A stretch of DNA of 60,465 nt from Candidatus Dojkabacteria bacterium. GTDB taxonomy: Bacteria > Patescibacteriota > Dojkabacteria > SC72. Shown one piece after another: positions 56,536 through 60,465 of this stretch. The notes under the pieces are model-generated. The model made no database searches. It was given only the letters and a program-made list of their open reading frames with translations, and had not been told where the DNA came from. The position numbers and the translations under genes are program-made. Each line of letters opens with the position of its first letter. The stretch's first letter is position 1. The DNA lies in contig JBAYOB010000002.1 of assembly GCA_041678505.1 (NCBI GenBank), positions 1-60,465 of the forward strand, read 5' to 3'.

Positions 56536-58044
56536 ATGAAAATATCAAAATCAGAATATCTTATGTATCTGGATGCTCCAATGCATCTGTGGGCATATGT
56601 ACACAAGAAGCTAGATTCTAATATCATAGATACTTTTACAAAACATCTATTTGAACAAGGATATGAAGTTCAAAAATATGCAAAAGAATACATTGAAAAA
56701 ATACTGATTCCAGATTCTTATCATAATACTAAGCAATTTAATCTTGAAGTAACAAAATCAGATGGGTTATTTGAAGCAAGGATAGATTTACTTGTTTTTA
56801 ATGAAAAGAAGGGAAATTGGGACTTAATTGAAATAAAGAGTACTAATGATATCAAACCTATTCATCAAAAAGATTTGACTTTTCAATATCTTATTTTTTC
56901 TAAGCACTATAAAATTGGTAAGTGTTATATTTTACATTTGGATAAAGATTATGAAAGGAAAGGTCAATTATCAATTAAAGAATTATTTACATTAACAGAT
57001 ATTACTGAAAAGGTTTTTGAATTAGTTGAAGCAGTGAATATTGAAAGATTCCTAGCTTTAGAAGTAGCTCAACTAGAAGAGTTCAAAGAAGTAGAAGCCT
57101 GTATTAAACCCAAGAAGTGTCCCTGCAAATCCCTTTGTCATCCAGTATTACCTTCTTACTCCTTATATGATGTTGCCCGTATTAGTAAGGAAAAAGTAAA
57201 TTTTATTAGGGATAATTATTCAAATGATATACAGGATTTACCAAATGATAATCAATTAGGTAAATATGCACTAACTGAAATCCAAAGAAAACAAGTAGAT
57301 GTGGCTCAAAGAAAAACATCATATATTGATATATTGGGGATAGAATCTTTCTTAAAAGAACTTAAATATCCTTTATACTTTATTGATTATGAAAGTTTTA
57401 TTCCTGCTATTCCTATGTATGACAATTATAAACCCTATGATCAAATGCCTTTCCAATATTCATTGCATATTAGAGAATCAAGTGATTCAGACTTTATACA
57501 TAAGGAATATCTAGAATGTTCAGCTGTTGATCCTTCTGTAGGTTTAATAAATTTTTTAAAAAGAGATATCCCTTTGGATGGTGGATCAATAATAATTTGG
57601 AGTAAGTTTGAAAGAACTCAAAACAATGCTATGAGCAGAAGATATCCAAAAGAGTCTGAATTTATTGAGAATATTAATTCTAGGCTTTGGGACTTGATGG
57701 AAATATTCCAGAAATCAATGCTTGTTCTTCCAGAATTTAAAGGTAGCTATTCTATTAAAAATATTTTGCCTGTTCTTGTACCTGAGCTTTCTTACAAAGG
57801 TATGCCTATTGCAGATGGGTCAGTTGCTATGACAAAGTGGGTGCAGATGGTCTATGGAGGTGGGATTACAGCCATGGATTATTCAGAATCTGAAGATGGT
57901 TTTTGTACAGAGGCTATAGATATTCCTAAAGAATCTGTGAATAAAGAAGAAGTCAAAAAGAATCTTTTAGAATATTGTAAGTTAGATACCTGGGCTATGG
58001 TAAAGATTTTGGAGAAAGTGGAATCCATTATAAAAGCTTCTTAA
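56536..58044 (+). CDS. DUF2779-type protein: N-terminal Cas4/RecB-like PD-(D/E)xK domain, Cys cluster and a C-terminal acidic-motif domain
   Basis: EARIDLLVF...WDLIEIKS (D...ExK), CIKPKKCPCKSLC (four Cys), then YPLYFIDYESF...MPFQYSLH...YCKLDTWAMV. Confidence 0.55.
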   Translation: MKISKSEYLMYLDAPMHLWAYVHKKLDSNIIDTFTKHLFEQGYEVQKYAKEYIEKILIPDSYHNTKQFNLEVTKSDGLFEARIDLLVFNEKKGNWDLIEIKSTNDIKPIHQKDLTFQYLIFSKHYKIGKCYILHLDKDYERKGQLSIKELFTLTDITEKVFELVEAVNIERFLALEVAQLEEFKEVEACIKPKKCPCKSLCHPVLPSYSLYDVARISKEKVNFIRDNYSNDIQDLPNDNQLGKYALTEIQRKQVDVAQRKTSYIDILGIESFLKELKYPLYFIDYESFIPAIPMYDNYKPYDQMPFQYSLHIRESSDSDFIHKEYLECSAVDPSVGLINFLKRDIPLDGGSIIIWSKFERTQNNAMSRRYPKESEFIENINSRLWDLMEIFQKSMLVLPEFKGSYSIKNILPVLVPELSYKGMPIADGSVAMTKWVQMVYGGGITAMDYSESEDGFCTEAIDIPKESVNKEEVKKNLLEYCKLDTWAMVKILEKVESIIKAS

Positions 58045-58054
58045 AATTATGGAC

Positions 58055-58083
58055 TAGACAGGATATCCCTAGCTTGTTATACT
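58055..58083 (+). promoter_or_regulatory. Sigma70-like promoter TAGACA-N17-TATACT
   Basis: TAGACA at 58055-60, an exact 17-nt spacer and TATACT at 58078-83, immediately after the DUF2779 stop. Confidence 0.4.
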
Positions 58084-58149
58084 ATTTCTAGAAGTACTTG
58101 GGTGGTGCTTCGCTTTATCTCAATAAGGCAAAAAAACAAGAAGGAATGT

Positions 58150-58184
58150 AAGACACTAAGTTATTTAGAGTGTCTTTTTTGTTT
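58150..58184 (+). terminator. Rho-independent terminator/attenuator hairpin
   Basis: AAGACACT (58150-57) pairs with AGTGTCTT (58169-76), followed by TTTTGTTT. Confidence 0.55.
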
Positions 58185-58439
58185 AAAGATGTAATTGAAA
58201 ATAAAATTGAATCAGTTTTTGAAAGTAAGCACCCCTACTCTGGTAACAATTATCCAAAGCTTTTAAATCTCCTTGAAAAGACAGAAGGAGGACCTATTCA
58301 AAATGGAGAATATTATGTTAACTCTTTAATCAAATTTATCAGTATTTTAAATGAGGCAGAAGAGGAATCTCAAAGAAAGGAGGTAATCCCTGAAGAAGTC
58401 AAAAAGAGTTCTTTCAGAGATAGACAGAATGGAGATTAG
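58170..58439 (+). CDS. Doubtful hypothetical ORF (GTG/TTG start inside the terminator stem)
   Basis: It has no ATG in frame and starts within the 3' arm of the hairpin. Its composition is protein-like, but nothing else supports it. Confidence 0.25.
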   Translation: MSFLFKDVIENKIESVFESKHPYSGNNYPKLLNLLEKTEGGPIQNGEYYVNSLIKFISILNEAEEESQRKEVIPEEVKKSSFRDRQNGD

Positions 58440-58725
58440 TGAGATTCAGTTTGTTCCTGTTAAACCTCAAGGTGGTCTTGTTGCTTTTGCAAGTTTTGTA
58501 TTAAACAATTGCTTGTATCTAGGGTCTATTGGTATAGTAACAAGGCCAAGTGGAGGATACCGTTTATTATATCCCAGTAAGAAGGTTCTTAATCAAAATT
58601 TTTCAATCTTCCACCCTATTACTCAGCAATTTGGTATAGATATTGAAAGAAGAATACTCTTAGAATATGAAAAGGTAATGAAAATGAATGATAGACACGG
58701 TTGTTTTAACAATACCAGTACTTAG
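58429..58725 (+). CDS. SpoVG-like nucleic-acid-binding protein
   Basis: MEISEIQFVPVKPQGGLVAFASFVLNNCLYLGSIGIVTRPSGGYRLLYPSKK...FHPITQQFGIDIERRIL follows the SpoVG pattern (MEITDVR...KAFVSIT...PSRK...HPI). Confidence 0.55.
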   Translation: MEISEIQFVPVKPQGGLVAFASFVLNNCLYLGSIGIVTRPSGGYRLLYPSKKVLNQNFSIFHPITQQFGIDIERRILLEYEKVMKMNDRHGCFNNTST

Positions 58726-59791
58726 AGAAAATATTCTTGCTCCTGAGAGATTTTCACCATCTGCTAATGGATTATTTAAAGAACCCTTTTACAAGGGATA
58801 TACTCCATGTAAATTAAACCCATCAAAAGAGCAAAAAGATGAAGGGAGATATCTTCCAAGATTAACATTGTCTTCTAGACCTAAGAAGGGAAATTGGGAG
58901 GTTTCCCTAAGGATAGAGTTCTCTGCCCCAAAGATTCTATTTGGAAATAATCTAAAAGAAGTTGATGATAAGGATTATAAAGAGTTAATATCTGAACTTT
59001 GCTTCAAACTCTTTACAATGGGCATTAAATTAGATCAAGAACAGATAGAAAAGGCTTCTGTATCTTCTATACACTTCTGTAAGAATATACTCCTAGAACC
59101 CTACCAGAGCTGCTCTATGGTCATCAATGAGCTAGAAAGGTATGGGAACTATAATGAATGGTTGGATTTAGATAAAACAAGCTTTAGAAATGGAGGACAT
59201 ATTCTTCATCTTCACACTGATAGGTGGGAATTTGTGGTATATGATAAGTTAAGAGATCTTCAAAGAGCAAAATTAGGTGAAAGAAGATCTGTTGATAAAG
59301 ATAATTACTCCCAATTAGACATTTTTAATGATGATAAGAGCAAACAAGAAATTTTAAGATTGGAGTTAAGAATTAATAGTAAAATAAAGATTGCTACACT
59401 ATTGTCAAGTGTTGGCTGTGGTATGGCTCTAAAAAACATTACATTCAGAAATATCTTTAAGAAAGTTATATCAAGGAGATTATTAATAGCATTTTTAAGA
59501 AAGATAAAAATAATGAGGAGTATTTCAAATCAGAATACAAGTAATAGCAATATTCTTTCAATCTGTGAGAGCATAAAGAAGTCTCTTCCTCTAATAACAG
59601 ATAGTGAAATAATGAAACTAACTTTTGGTTTTATTTTTATCAATGAATATGGAATTAAAGCTTTTAAAAGGTATATGCAGTGGAATACCAAAAAAGCATA
59701 TAAATGGAACAGATTCTATAAAAAATTAGAGAAAATTTATACAGTGTGTAATAATAGAGACACTTTGGAAATAATTGAATCAAAAATATGA
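58688..59791 (+). CDS. Rolling-circle replication initiator of the filamentous-phage gene II/X (CRI) family
   Basis: MIDTVVLTIPV matches f1/M13 gpII MIDMLVLRLPF. LRIEFSAPKILFGNNL matches VEIKASPAKVLQGHNV. VSSIHF matches ISRIDATF, and ILRLELRINSK matches LVRFEARIKTR. The gpII sequence is from memory. Confidence 0.6.
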   Translation: MIDTVVLTIPVLRENILAPERFSPSANGLFKEPFYKGYTPCKLNPSKEQKDEGRYLPRLTLSSRPKKGNWEVSLRIEFSAPKILFGNNLKEVDDKDYKELISELCFKLFTMGIKLDQEQIEKASVSSIHFCKNILLEPYQSCSMVINELERYGNYNEWLDLDKTSFRNGGHILHLHTDRWEFVVYDKLRDLQRAKLGERRSVDKDNYSQLDIFNDDKSKQEILRLELRINSKIKIATLLSSVGCGMALKNITFRNIFKKVISRRLLIAFLRKIKIMRSISNQNTSNSNILSICESIKKSLPLITDSEIMKLTFGFIFINEYGIKAFKRYMQWNTKKAYKWNRFYKKLEKIYTVCNNRDTLEIIESKI

Positions 59792-60465
59792 GTACTAAAA
59801 AAGAATTAAAATTTATTGATCTTTTTGCAGGTATTGGGGGAACAAGAATTGGGTTTGAACAAGCAACTAAAGAGTTAGGTTTTATTCCTAAATGTGTGTT
59901 TACATCAGAGATAAAGACTGATGCTATTAATGTTTATTCTCAAAACTTTCAAGATAAAAAAATTGCAGGTGATATAACCCAAATTGAAGCAAAAGAAATT
60001 CCGGACTTTAATTTCCTTCTTGCAGGTTTTCCTTGCCAACCTTTTAGCTCTGCAGGAAGCAGAAAGGGATTTTTAGATACAAGAGGAACTCTATTTTTTG
60101 ATATAGAAAGAATATTAAAAGAGAAAGAGCCTGAAGGTTTCCTACTTGAAAATGTTGAAGGTTTGGTTAATCATGACAGGGGTAGAACTCTGTCTACTAT
60201 TCTCCAATCCCTTGAGAATCTTGGGTACAAGGTTGCTTGGAAAGTTATTAATGCAGCTAATCATGGAATCCCTCAAAATAGAAAAAGAATCTATATTGTT
60301 GGAAGAAGAGATAAGTTTGTTTCTTTGGAGAATTTAGTACAACAAGAATCAAAATTAGAAGATCTTTTAGAGAAGGATTTGCCTGCTTACAAATCTAAAT
60401 TTACTAAAAGACTTTTAGAGCATTATAAGTTAGATGAACTTGTAGGGAAATCTATAAAGGATAAA
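59788..60465 (+). CDS. dcm: DNA (cytosine-5)-methyltransferase, N-terminal 226 aa; runs off the window end
   Basis: Own translation: MSTKKELKFIDLFAGIGGTRIGF (motif I), GFPCQPFSSAG (motif IV), LLENVEGL (motif VI) and QNRKRIYIVG (motif VIII). The ATG overlaps the Rep TGA (ATGA). Confidence 0.85.
   Translation, partial: MSTKKELKFIDLFAGIGGTRIGFEQATKELGFIPKCVFTSEIKTDAINVYSQNFQDKKIAGDITQIEAKEIPDFNFLLAGFPCQPFSSAGSRKGFLDTRGTLFFDIERILKEKEPEGFLLENVEGLVNHDRGRTLSTILQSLENLGYKVAWKVINAANHGIPQNRKRIYIVGRRDKFVSLENLVQQESKLEDLLEKDLPAYKSKFTKRLLEHYKLDELVGKSIKDK

Larger units (their letters stand above)
53743..60465. mobile_element. Candidate genomic island / integrated rolling-circle element (boundaries unknown; continues beyond the window)
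   Basis: The gene content switches from housekeeping to nuclease-like genes, structured non-coding DNA, a gene II-like Rep and an m5C methyltransferase. No integrase or att repeats are visible in the window. Confidence 0.3.

Noticed and set aside
58137-58151. SD-like AAGAAGGA followed by the start-stop mini-ORF ATGTAA at the foot of the terminator (ribosome-dependent attenuation)
   Set aside because: The purine tract abuts the ATG with essentially no spacer, so efficient initiation is unlikely. It is mentioned only as a curiosity.
60146-60337. 63-aa plus-strand ORF from the track
   Set aside because: It is an out-of-frame shadow inside the clearly recognisable dcm reading frame.
1-60465. 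Alternative genetic code (UGA read as an amino acid, as in some candidate phyla)
   Set aside because: TGA terminates rsmI, the DUF3800 gene and the Rep-like gene at expected lengths. All conserved genes are intact under the standard code.

Overview
This is an AT-rich bacterial chromosomal segment that reads cleanly under the standard code; TGA ends conserved genes such as rsmI at the expected length. Gene content suggests a small-genome, anaerobic, salvage-dependent organism, possibly Patescibacteria/CPR-like, but that is inference only. About 53 kb is housekeeping. It holds an almost complete peptidoglycan and division gene set in four blocks: mraZ-rsmH-ftsL-ftsI-mraY; murF, murA, murG and ftsW; murB; and murD-murC-murE, plus alr. 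It also carries truB, rsmI, tatD, pyk, secG, def, queH, prs, dcd, a nifS-nifU-mnmA Fe-S/thiolation block, desulfoferrodoxin, a histidine kinase/response regulator pair, three tRNAs, a Na/Pi transporter and an ABC importer operon ending in upp and a DUF523 gene. Oddities in the core are a upp gene split by a 1-nt frameshift in an A5 run, a murB whose conserved N-terminus has no ATG/GTG/TTG start, a CofE-like ligase directly after murE, a MurE with a MurC-like N-domain, a sortase-like gene beside a candidate substrate, and a textbook MraZ operator. The last ~6.7 kb (about 53.7 kb to the window end) is different. It carries three nuclease-like genes that I cannot assign to any named system (a PD-(D/E)xK fusion, a DUF3800-type gene and a DUF2779-type gene). 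It also has two structured non-coding stretches, a SpoVG-like gene, a filamentous-phage gene II-like rolling-circle initiator and a partial m5C methyltransferase. This is the best candidate for a mobile element or defence island. All coordinates and translations were derived by hand from the sequence; no database search was possible.
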